DNA of 64,000 nucleotides from Coriobacteriaceae bacterium (GTDB lineage Bacteria > Actinomycetota > Coriobacteriia > Coriobacteriales > UMGS124). How positions within the stretch are numbered: position 1 is the first letter of the stretch; each line of letters begins with the position of its first letter. The stretch lies in contig JAHZGC010000007.1 of assembly GCA_019421015.1 (NCBI GenBank), forward strand, positions 23,397 to 87,396, read 5' to 3'. The notes below the pieces were generated by a model that was not told the origin of the DNA, did not search any database, and was given only the letters and a program-made list of their open reading frames with translations. Shown one piece after another: positions 8,103 through 16,332 of the stretch. The position numbers were made by a program, and so were the translations under genes.

Positions 8103-10334
8103 ATGACCATCCGCGACACTGCCATTTCGCGCCGCTCCTTTGTGGGGGCCTCGGCCCTGGGGGCTGCGGCCTGCGCCCTCGGCGGCCTTAGGACCGTAGA
8201 GCCGGCCACCGCTGCCGAGGCTGCCGCCGCCGAAGAGACAACCTACGGTTACACGTCGTGCACGATGTGCAACCAGGTCCCGTTCTGCGGCCTGCGCGCC
8301 ACACTCAAGGACGGCTGCATCGTCCGCGTCGACGGCAACCCCGACCACCCCAAGAACAAGCCGTGCGTCAAGGGCCTCACGAGCGTCCAGGCGCTCTACG
8401 ACCCCAACCGCCTGCTCTACCCGGTCAAGCGCACGAACCCCGAGAAGGGCGTGGGCATCGACCCGGGCTGGGAGCGCATCAGTTGGGACGAGGCCCTCGA
8501 CACCATCGCCGCCAAGCTCAACGAGGCCAAGGAGACCTACGGGGCCGACTCGGTCATCTTCAGCGCCGGCGACCCGAAGGAGAACATCCCGGCCCTCGAC
8601 CGCGTGGGCGCGCTGTTCGGCACTCCCAACATCGGCTACGGCCGCGCCCAGTGCTCGTTTGCCCTCTCCATGGCCAACGTCCTCACCTTCGCCGGCGGAG
8701 CGGTGACCCTGCCTAACGCCGACACCAAGGTCCACCTGCAGTGGGGCTCCAACATCGCCTGGTCGATGTGCACCGGCCCCAAGTCGTTCAAGCCGCTCGT
8801 GGACCTCAAGCGGGCCGGCGTCAAGTACATCGTCGTCGACACGCGCCTCACCCCCACGGTGAGCCAGCTCGCCGACGTCTTCTTGCAGCCACGCCCCGGC
8901 ACCGACGGCGCCCTGGCCCTCGCCATGGCCAACGTCATCATCAGCGAGGACCTCTACGACCACGAGTTCGTGGAGAACTGGACCCACGGTTTCGAGGAGT
9001 ACGCAGCTTACGTCGCCGACTTCACCCCCGAGCGCGGCGAGGAGATTACGGGCGTCCCGGCGGAGAAGATCCAGGAGGCTGCGCGGCTCTGGGCCCAGGC
9101 CGGCCAGGGCACGCTGTGGTGCGGCCCCCACGCCACCGTCCACCACTCGAACGGCGTGCAGTCCACCCGTGCGATTCTGTTGCTCAACGCCCTCATGGGC
9201 TACTACGACAAGGAGGGCTGCGTCAAGGTCTCTCCCGCAACCCCGGGCGACTCCTACGACTACGGTGCCCCGAGCTCGTTCAGGCTCTACGACGTCATGG
9301 ACGAGAACAAGGACCGCCGCGCCGGCGTCGACCGCTGGCCCGTGTGGTCGCTGACCGAGCGCCACGTGCAGAACAACGGTCTCGTGGAGTTCATCAACGA
9401 CGGCCTGCTGCACGCCGGCCTGTTCGTGGGCACCAACGTGATGGTCTTCCCCCAGACCAGGCTCTACCAGGACGCCCTCGCCAAGCTCGACTTCGCCGCC
9501 GCCGTCGACCTCCATCTGAACCCCGCCACGCACGACCTCATGGACATCGTGCTCCCCACCTGCGTGTGCTGGGAGCGCCAAGCCCCCTACAAGCTCTACG
9601 GCAACAAGCTGTTCTGGAACGAGGTCGTGGTGCCGCCGGCGGGAGAGGCCCGCGAGGACTGGAAGATCCTGCTCGACCTGGGCTGCCGCCTCGGATACGA
9701 AGAGGAGTGCTTCAACGGCGACATCGAGGCGGCGCTCCAAGCCATGCTCGACATCAGCGGCTTTGACGTGACGACACAGCAGATCCGCGACGCCTTGCCC
9801 GGCTGCTACGAGCTGCCCGTGTCGGCCGAGGAGTGGGTGCCCAAGAAGTACGAGCAAAACGGCTTCAAGTCGCCGTCGGGCAAGGTCGAGTTCTGCTCGA
9901 CCATCCTGGAGAAGTGCGGCTTCAACGGCCTGCCCGTTTACGAGGAGCCGCACATCAGCCCCGTTTCGACCCCCGAGCTCTACGAGCAGTACCCGCTCAT
10001 CCTCGAGACCGGCAGCCGCGTCCCCTGGTACGTGCACTCCAAGTACCGCCACACGCCCTGGCTGAACCAGTTCATGCCCGAGCCCGTGGTAATCGTGAGC
10101 CCCGAAGACGCCGAGGAGCGCGGCTTGGCGGAAGGCGACGCGGTGCGCCTCTACAACCAGCTCGGAGAGCTCACGCTCAAGGTGGCCGTCTCCAACATCC
10201 AGCAGCCCGGCGTCGTGGAGCTGCACCATGGCTGGGAGCAGGCCAACTCCTGCGAGCTAATCGACCACGTGTTCGATCCGATTTCGGGCTTTCCCACCTA
10301 TAAGGACGGCCTCTGCCAGATCGAAAAGCTGTAG
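8103..10334 (+). CDS. Molybdopterin (bis-MGD) oxidoreductase catalytic subunit, DMSO reductase family, Tat-exported
   Basis: 743 aa. Has a twin-arginine signal (AISRRSFVGASALG), an N-terminal Cys cluster (CTMCNQVPFCG...C), and molybdopterin oxidoreductase plus C-terminal molydopterin dinucleotide-binding domain patterns. It starts 1 nt after the FeS gene stop. Confidence 0.9.
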   Translation: MTIRDTAISRRSFVGASALGAAACALGGLRTVEPATAAEAAAAEETTYGYTSCTMCNQVPFCGLRATLKDGCIVRVDGNPDHPKNKPCVKGLTSVQALYDPNRLLYPVKRTNPEKGVGIDPGWERISWDEALDTIAAKLNEAKETYGADSVIFSAGDPKENIPALDRVGALFGTPNIGYGRAQCSFALSMANVLTFAGGAVTLPNADTKVHLQWGSNIAWSMCTGPKSFKPLVDLKRAGVKYIVVDTRLTPTVSQLADVFLQPRPGTDGALALAMANVIISEDLYDHEFVENWTHGFEEYAAYVADFTPERGEEITGVPAEKIQEAARLWAQAGQGTLWCGPHATVHHSNGVQSTRAILLLNALMGYYDKEGCVKVSPATPGDSYDYGAPSSFRLYDVMDENKDRRAGVDRWPVWSLTERHVQNNGLVEFINDGLLHAGLFVGTNVMVFPQTRLYQDALAKLDFAAAVDLHLNPATHDLMDIVLPTCVCWERQAPYKLYGNKLFWNEVVVPPAGEAREDWKILLDLGCRLGYEEECFNGDIEAALQAMLDISGFDVTTQQIRDALPGCYELPVSAEEWVPKKYEQNGFKSPSGKVEFCSTILEKCGFNGLPVYEEPHISPVSTPELYEQYPLILETGSRVPWYVHSKYRHTPWLNQFMPEPVVIVSPEDAEERGLAEGDAVRLYNQLGELTLKVAVSNIQQPGVVELHHGWEQANSCELIDHVFDPISGFPTYKDGLCQIEKL

Positions 10335-10344
10335 CGCCCCATGC

Positions 10345-10383
10345 GGGCGGCGCCCCCGTCGAAAGCCGGCAGGGGCGCCGCCC
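10345..10383 (+). other. Intra-operon GC hairpin (possible attenuator or RNA-stability element)
   Basis: GGGCGGCGCCCC (10345-10356) pairs with GGGGCGCCGCCC (10372-10383), directly after the catalytic-subunit stop. There is no T-run. Confidence 0.3.
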
Positions 10384-10429
10384 CGTTCAAAGACCCCGAG
10401 GACACCGAGAGCACCGAGGAGAGCCGCCC

Positions 10430-11110
10430 ATGGACCACGACCTTCTGGCCACGCTCGACGACCGCGCCGCAACCTACGGGCTTCTCGCCCGCCTGCTCGG
10501 CCACGAGATCGACGCCGAGCTGCTCGCCTCCCTTGCCGACGGCGGCTTTGCCACCGACACCGGGTCGGCCGCCGTGGACGAGGGGGCGCGTCTCATGAAC
10601 GCCTACCTTCGGGCGGCGACCGACCCCGACGCCGCCCGCACCGAGCTCGCCGTGGACTTCGCGCGCCTCTTTGTGGTGCGCACCCGCAACGCCGCCGGCC
10701 TCCCCTACCCCTTCGAGTCGGTCTACACCTCCGACGACGGCTGCACAATGGGCGCGGCCCGCGACGAGGTGCGCCGCATCTACCGCGAGGCCGGCATGGC
10801 CAAGGACGATGCCTGGAACGTGGGAGAGGACCATGTGGCCCTCGAGCTCGAGTTCATGCAGACCCTCGCCGCCCGCACGGCACAGGCCCTGCGCAAGGGC
10901 AACGAGGCCGCGACCGAGCAGCTGCTCGCCCGGCAGGCGGCCTTCATGGATGCGCACCTGCTCAACTGGGTGCCGCGCTTCGCCGATGCCATGGCATGCA
11001 CGGCCCGCACCGACTTCTACCGCGGGCTCGCCCAGTTCCTGGCCGGCTGGCTGCAGGAGGACCGCGCGACGCTGGCGGAGCTGGGGGCGCAAGGAGAGGG
11101 CTGCGCGTAA
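10430..11110 (+). CDS. TorD/DmsD-family redox-enzyme maturation chaperone
   Basis: 226 aa. Has the family hallmarks YGLLARLL, LAVDFARLF, PYPFESVY, EDHVALELEFM and FL..WL. Confidence 0.8.
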   Translation: MDHDLLATLDDRAATYGLLARLLGHEIDAELLASLADGGFATDTGSAAVDEGARLMNAYLRAATDPDAARTELAVDFARLFVVRTRNAAGLPYPFESVYTSDDGCTMGAARDEVRRIYREAGMAKDDAWNVGEDHVALELEFMQTLAARTAQALRKGNEAATEQLLARQAAFMDAHLLNWVPRFADAMACTARTDFYRGLAQFLAGWLQEDRATLAELGAQGEGCA

Positions 11111-11222
11111 GCGCCCAAACACCCGGCAGGTTCATCGGATGCCCGGGCGCCGACCCTGGTAAGATGGGCGCGAGCAAAGGGCCAGCACCGTCGTCGAGCG
11201 ACCCCGCCGGGAGGAATGCCCC

Positions 11223-12062
11223 ATGGCCAGGTACGGCATGGCGATCGATACCGAGCACTGCACGGGATGCCAGACCTGCGTCGTGGCGTGCCAGATGGAG
11301 CATGCGCTGCGGCCCCAGGTGGCTTGGACCCGGGTCGACACCGTGGAATGGGGCCGCTGGCCCGACGGCGGCCGCCTGCACCTGCCCCATGGGTGCCTCC
11401 ACTGCGACGAACCGGCCTGCGTGGAGGTGTGCCCCACCGGCGCGAGCTTTGCGGGAGGCGGGGCAGCCTCGCTGGTCGACCACGAGCTGTGCATAGGATG
11501 CGGCGTGTGCGCGGCGGCGTGCCCCTACGGCGCCCGCACGATAAACCGCGCCGACCGCTGGTTCTTCGACGCCGCAGACCCGGCCCCCTACGAACGCGAC
11601 GGAACCCCCCTCGGCACGGCGGAGAAATGCACGCTGTGCGTCGAGCGACGCGAGGCGGGGCGCGACCCGGCGTGTGTGAGCAGCTGCCCCACGGGCGTGC
11701 GCGCCTTCGGCGACCTCGACGACCCGGCCGACCCCATCTGGGACTTCATAGCCGAGACCGGCGCCGAGCGGCTTGCGGGCACCGCCACCTACTACGCCCA
11801 CCCTACTTACGCGCGCGACGTCGACGTGGCCGAGAATATCCGCGCCTTGCGAAAGTCCCCGCAGGAAGCGCCGGTATCGGGGGGCCTGCGCACCGACCGC
11901 GCCAGCCCGGCCGTCATTGCGGCGGCGACCGTAGGGGGTGCCGCCGCCGTCGGGGCTATCGCGCTGGGCACCGTGCGGGCGCGCAGCAGGAAGGCGGCCG
12001 CGGAGGAACCGAGAGGTGCGGGCGGCCCGGAAGCCCCGAAGGCGGGGCGGCGCGATGTTTAG
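11223..12062 (+). CDS. Second 4Fe-4S ferredoxin subunit (NrfC/HybA-like) with a C-terminal transmembrane anchor
   Basis: Paralog of 7451..8101 (MARYGMAIDTEHCTGCQTCVVAC..., four Cys clusters) plus a C-terminal hydrophobic helix (AVIAAATVGGAAAVGAIALGTV). It overlaps the next gene by 8 nt (ATGTTTAG). Confidence 0.8.
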   Translation: MARYGMAIDTEHCTGCQTCVVACQMEHALRPQVAWTRVDTVEWGRWPDGGRLHLPHGCLHCDEPACVEVCPTGASFAGGGAASLVDHELCIGCGVCAAACPYGARTINRADRWFFDAADPAPYERDGTPLGTAEKCTLCVERREAGRDPACVSSCPTGVRAFGDLDDPADPIWDFIAETGAERLAGTATYYAHPTYARDVDVAENIRALRKSPQEAPVSGGLRTDRASPAVIAAATVGGAAAVGAIALGTVRARSRKAAAEEPRGAGGPEAPKAGRRDV

Positions 12063-13077
12063 CGAGCTCGTGACGTGGTACCTCTTTCTGGGGGGAGCAG
12101 GGGCCGCCCTAGCCGCCCTTCTCTCCCTCTCTGACCTTCTATATGGCTGCAGAACCCGGCTCGCCGCGTTGCGCGGGGGCTCACGTACGCCCAGTACGCA
12201 TCGCCCCCGCGTGCCTTGCGAGCCGGAACCTGCCTTTGGCGGGGGCTGCAGAACCCGGCTCGCCGCGTTGCGCGGGGGCTCACGTACGCCCAGTACGCAT
12301 CTTGGCGTGCTTGCGTGGACCGACGGGCTTTCGCGCAAACTGTTCGCGCGGGGGTATGCGGCGGCGGGGATCGCGCTGCTGCTGGGGGTTCTGTGCCTGC
12401 TGGTCGACCTGGGGCGCCCCGAACGCTTCTACTACGTGTTCCTGCGGCCCACCGCCTCGATTCTCACGTTCGGGTCGTTCGTGCTGGGCGCCACGCTGTG
12501 CTGCGCGGTCGCGCTCGGCACCGTCGCGCTGGGGAACCTCTCCCGCGTGCCCCGGCCCCTGGTGCGCGCCGTCGAGGTCCTGTGCGTCGTCTGCGGCACA
12601 GCGACGGCCGTCTACACAGGCGCCCTGCTCGCCGCCATGGCGCAAGCGAACCCCACCTGGAACGCCGCGCTGCCGTTCTTGTTTGCCTTCTCGTCGTTCT
12701 CGGTGGGATGCGCAGGAGCACTGGCCTGCCTTCTTCCTTTTGAGAACGCCCCGGCCGCCGTGGTGCGTGCCTTTGCCCACATCGACCTGGCCTGCATAGG
12801 CCTGGAAGCCCTTGCCCTACTCACCTACCTGGCGCTGGCCTGCGTCGACGCGGGTTCGGTCTCCCGAGCGGCCCTGCTCCTCTGGGGAGAAGGCCGGTGG
12901 AGTGGCTGGGCCGTCTTCGCGGTATGCGCCCTGGGGGTGCCCCCGATCCTGGAGGTGTTCTCCTTACACCACGACCAGTCCCTCCCCCTCGCCTGGTCGC
13001 TGGTGTTTGTGGCCGTCGGCGGATTTTTCTTGCGGGCGTGCGTGGTGGGCGCGCCGGCAGTCTGGGGAGTAGGCTAG
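12055..13077 (+). CDS. NrfD/PsrC-like polytopic membrane quinol-interaction subunit carrying an in-frame tandem repeat insertion
   Basis: ATG at 12055. TM1 is WYLFLGGAGAALAAL, then LVDLGRPERFYYVF and further TM helices, as in the NrfD family. Between TM1 and TM2 lie ~66 codons encoded by two family A repeat units (GCRTRLAALRGGSRTPSTH appears twice). Confidence 0.7.
   Translation: MFSELVTWYLFLGGAGAALAALLSLSDLLYGCRTRLAALRGGSRTPSTHRPRVPCEPEPAFGGGCRTRLAALRGGSRTPSTHLGVLAWTDGLSRKLFARGYAAAGIALLLGVLCLLVDLGRPERFYYVFLRPTASILTFGSFVLGATLCCAVALGTVALGNLSRVPRPLVRAVEVLCVVCGTATAVYTGALLAAMAQANPTWNAALPFLFAFSSFSVGCAGALACLLPFENAPAAVVRAFAHIDLACIGLEALALLTYLALACVDAGSVSRAALLLWGEGRWSGWAVFAVCALGVPPILEVFSLHHDQSLPLAWSLVFVAVGGFFLRACVVGAPAVWGVG
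12145..12330. repeat. Family A hairpin repeat, two tandem units inside the NrfD-like CDS
   Basis: 12145-12202 and 12244-12301 are an exact 58-bp direct repeat, checked base by base, with a 99-bp period. Unit 1 is a full hairpin (CCGGCTCGC:GCGAGCCGG, GCGGGGGC:GCCCCCGC, CGTAC-N5-GTACG); the 3' arm of unit 2 is degenerate. Confidence 0.8.
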
Positions 13078-13153
13078 TGTATGGGTTTCTACAGCTTACG
13101 GCCCCCGCAGGCCCGTGCGGGAGCCACACGACGCGTGAGGCGGTGAGGCGGTT

Positions 13154-13567
13154 ATGGGCGACCCCCTGTTCGAGGTCGACGAAAACAGCGGCATCCCCAT
13201 CTGGATCCAGCTGCGCAACCGCCTCATGTACCTCATCGACTCGGGCCATTACGCCAACGGCGACCGCCTCCCCACGGTGCGGGCCCTGGCCGCCGACCTC
13301 AACGTGAACTACCACACGGTGAACAAGGTCTACACCAACCTCGAGTACGAGGGCTACATCAGCTCCAAGCGCGGGCGCGGGGCGTTCGTCTGCAAAGAGG
13401 CCGTTCCGGTCGGCGAAGAGGTGCCCGGCGACATCGTGCTCGCCGAGGCCATCCGCCAGTGCGTCGAGCTCGGCATGACCCTTAACGATGTGGAGACGCA
13501 CTTTGCCCGCGCACTCGAGGCCGCCCGCGCCGGGGCGGACCCTGCAAATCCCACAACGGCAAAGTGA
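13154..13567 (+). CDS. GntR-family (YtrA-like, short) transcriptional regulator
   Basis: 137 aa with a winged-HTH (LPTVRALAADLNVNYHTVNKVYTNLEYEGYISSKRGRGAFV) and a short C-terminal tail. Confidence 0.8.
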   Translation: MGDPLFEVDENSGIPIWIQLRNRLMYLIDSGHYANGDRLPTVRALAADLNVNYHTVNKVYTNLEYEGYISSKRGRGAFVCKEAVPVGEEVPGDIVLAEAIRQCVELGMTLNDVETHFARALEAARAGADPANPTTAK

Positions 13568-13574
13568 GGTTGCC

Positions 13575-14528
13575 ATGAAGCGCGCCCCTCTCCCCCAGAA
13601 CACCGACAGCAGCGCCTTGGTAGAGCCGGCCCACGCGCCGTTCGTGCCCTCCAAGCCGAGCCGGGGCGGTGCGCTGGTGTTCGGCTTTGTGCTGGCGGCG
13701 GCCGTGTTCGCCCTGACGCTGACCATCTGCTACTTCGGCTTTGGCGTGCTCGATCTCTGGAGTATCGCGCTGGCGCTGGTGCTCGGCGTGCTGGCCCCCA
13801 TGACCATGCACATCTCCATGGAGTGGGAGCGGCTGGTCATCTTTAGGTTCGGTGCCTTCAACCGCGTGGCGGGGCCGGGCCTGGTGTTCATGATCCCCGT
13901 GGTGGAGCAGGTGGCCTGCCACGTGGACATGCGCACCGTCGCGACCCCCTTCGGGGCGGAGAAGACCCTCACAAGCGACCTGGTGCCCCTCGACGTGGAC
14001 GCCGTGCTCTTCTGGATGGTCTGGGACGCCAAGAAGGCCTGCACCGAGGTGGAGGACTACTGCTCGGCGGTGCTCTACGTGGCCCAATCGACCCTGCGCG
14101 ACGCCATAGGCCGGGCGAGCGTGGCCGAGGTGGCCTTGAGCCGCGACCAGCTCGACAAGGAGCTCAAGGAGTCCATCGAGCGAGAGTGCGAGCCCTGGGG
14201 TGTCGCCGTGCTCTCGGTCAAGGTGCGCGACATCGTGGTGCCCGCCGAGCTGCAAGAGGCCATGTCGCTGGAGGCCCAGGCCGAGCGCGAGCGCAACGCG
14301 CGGATCATCCTGGCCGGGGCCGAGGAGGAGATCGCCGAGATGGTCGCCGCGGCGGCCGACGCCTACGAGGGCAAGGAGGCCGCCCTCAAGCTGCGCACGC
14401 TCAACCTGCTCTACGAGAGCATCCGCAAGTCGGGCGGCACCGTGGTCACCGTGCCGTCGGCCATCAGCGACGGGCTCGGCGCGGGCGATGCGCTGGAAGA
14501 CGCGCTCAAGGCGGTCGCAAAGGGGTAG
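13575..14528 (+). CDS. SPFH/band-7 (stomatin/slipin-like) membrane protein
   Basis: ATG at 13575. Has an N-terminal TM hairpin followed by an SPFH core (EWERLVIFRFG...GPGLVFMIPVVE...D.V.FW.V.D...LR..IG...EL.....L; VKVRDIVVPAELQEAM...AEREARA-like). Confidence 0.85.
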   Translation: MKRAPLPQNTDSSALVEPAHAPFVPSKPSRGGALVFGFVLAAAVFALTLTICYFGFGVLDLWSIALALVLGVLAPMTMHISMEWERLVIFRFGAFNRVAGPGLVFMIPVVEQVACHVDMRTVATPFGAEKTLTSDLVPLDVDAVLFWMVWDAKKACTEVEDYCSAVLYVAQSTLRDAIGRASVAEVALSRDQLDKELKESIERECEPWGVAVLSVKVRDIVVPAELQEAMSLEAQAERERNARIILAGAEEEIAEMVAAAADAYEGKEAALKLRTLNLLYESIRKSGGTVVTVPSAISDGLGAGDALEDALKAVAKG

Positions 14529-14549
14529 CGGGCGAGCGCGGAGGCACCC

Positions 14550-16052
14550 CTACTTCCACGATCGCACAAGTGCGATAAGCTCGTCGCGGGAATGCACCCC
14601 GAACTTGCGGTAGGCGCCGCGGATGTGGCCCTGGGCGGTACCGGTGGAGACGCGCAGGGTCGAGGCGATGCTCTTGATGCTGTTGCCCTGGGCGAACAGC
14701 CACGCTACCTCGCTTTCGCGCGGGGTGAGCCGGTAGAAGGCCACGCGCTCGGGCGGAAAACCGCCAGGGACGGACGGTGCCGCGGCCTGGCCGGTGACGG
14801 ACGCACCGGAGGCGCTGGCGCCGGCATCGGCCAGACCGCGTCGGATGACGGCCCACCCCAGGGCGGCCACAAGGGTGAGCATGAGCGCGAGCAGCGAAAA
14901 CAGCGCGAGCACGTCCTGGGCCGATCGGCTGCCGCCCAGCTCGTAGGCGAGCAGGTGGGGTACGACCCCGTAGCTCAGAACCCAGGACACCACCTCGGTC
15001 AGCATACCGTAGAGCGCAAAAGAACGGGCCGGCGACGATCCCGACGAGCGCACGCAAACGCACAGGAACAGCCACAGGACGAAGCTCAGGGTGGAACGGG
15101 CAACGATGACCACCTGTCCGGCCTCACCGTACGAACCGCAGGCCAGACCCCAGAACACGCCCACGCAGAACAGCGCGGCAAGCACCACCCACGCCCCAAA
15201 CGACACGAGCATCACCGGGCGAAAACCGTCGCCGAACCGATCCGGACGCAACCGGCTGGCCAAGTAGAGTCCCAGGCAAGCCGCAAACACCGCCAGGGAG
15301 ACCCCGACCGAGAGCGGCCAGCGAAAGCCAACGGTGGCCCCGACAGGCAGCCCGGCGCCCGAGACATCCACCACGCCGCGCACCACAGCGCCCATCAGCA
15401 AAAACGCCACGAACAGCACCACAGGGGCGGAGACAACAGGACGCCGGCTGTCGCAGGGGGCATCCGGCACGGACATGCGGCTCCACGCCAGGCAAAAAGC
15501 AAGCCCAACAAGCGCGGGACCGAGCAGCGCGAACGCCTCGGGAGCACCGGGGTGTGCCCGCGACACGAGGCCGCCCAGGACCGTGCTCGCAAAAAACGAG
15601 GCCGCCATCACCGCGGCCGTCCCCGCCGACAGGAACCGGACACACAGGGAGGCCCAGGCCAGATAGCCCGTCAAGAAACTCGCGGCCACCAGGCAGGTCG
15701 AGACGCAGGCCACCGGCAACGCCAGCTCGGGCCCCTCGGAGCGACAGGCCAAAGAAAGCGCCACGCCCACCGACCCCAGCGCCCCCACCGCGCAGACGAC
15801 CCACGGCGGACACGACAGGTCACGGCGCCCCAGGACGGCCAGCGCCGCCACGGTGAGCGCACACAGCACGGCGATGAACAGCGCGTAGGCCGATACGCCC
15901 GGAGCCACCTCCAGCTCCCAGGGATAGACAACGCCGAGAAACGACTGGTAGCGGAAGCAGTTCCACAAGAAGGTCATGCCCACGAACAGCAGGGTCGCCG
16001 AGCATGCTTGCCGTCGGCGCACCGTTGACGCCCGTGCATCAGACTCCTCCAT
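14550..16052 (-). CDS. Membrane-spanning LuxR-family transcriptional regulator (polytopic N-terminal domain plus C-terminal HTH)
   Basis: 500 aa with ~10 predicted TM helices, then LTPRESEVAWLFAQGNSIKSIASTLRVSTGTAQGHIRGAYRKFGVHSRDELIAL (GerE/LuxR HTH). It is divergent from the flavoprotein gene at 16333. Confidence 0.8.
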   Translation of the reverse strand: MEESDARASTVRRRQACSATLLFVGMTFLWNCFRYQSFLGVVYPWELEVAPGVSAYALFIAVLCALTVAALAVLGRRDLSCPPWVVCAVGALGSVGVALSLACRSEGPELALPVACVSTCLVAASFLTGYLAWASLCVRFLSAGTAAVMAASFFASTVLGGLVSRAHPGAPEAFALLGPALVGLAFCLAWSRMSVPDAPCDSRRPVVSAPVVLFVAFLLMGAVVRGVVDVSGAGLPVGATVGFRWPLSVGVSLAVFAACLGLYLASRLRPDRFGDGFRPVMLVSFGAWVVLAALFCVGVFWGLACGSYGEAGQVVIVARSTLSFVLWLFLCVCVRSSGSSPARSFALYGMLTEVVSWVLSYGVVPHLLAYELGGSRSAQDVLALFSLLALMLTLVAALGWAVIRRGLADAGASASGASVTGQAAAPSVPGGFPPERVAFYRLTPRESEVAWLFAQGNSIKSIASTLRVSTGTAQGHIRGAYRKFGVHSRDELIALVRSWK

Positions 16053-16332
16053 CTTCTCGCCCCCGCCCCCTTCTCACCGTATCGTCCTTTGGCAGTATAG
16101 CCGAGGCCACCCCTGCGGGCAGGCGGCGCACAAGGAGGGCCACCGCAGCGCGCAAGGGAGGCATACGCAGCTTCTACCTGGAAGAACACCTCATTTTATG
16201 GGTGTCCCCACAAGAGGGCGAACCCTTGGTGGTCGCCTCTCTGATTTTATGGAGGTTTCACAGCCGGCGGTCCGCGTCTATGCTCAGGCCAGGGCGCCCA
16301 AGCGCCGCAACGCCATACGAAAGGATACGAGC

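Noticed and set aside
8103-10334. Selenocysteine (in-frame TGA) recoding in the molybdopterin catalytic subunits (also 39811..43209 and 50779..53787).
   Set aside because: All three reading frames are continuous with no internal stop codons, and no SECIS-like hairpin context was needed to explain them.
12145-12301. The regularly spaced direct repeats (99-bp period here, 92-bp at 50596-50772) could be a mini CRISPR array.
   Set aside because: There are only two units per locus. What would be the spacer is the complementary arm of the same hairpin. The unit length and structure do not fit CRISPR repeats. No cas genes are present, and one locus lies inside a CDS.
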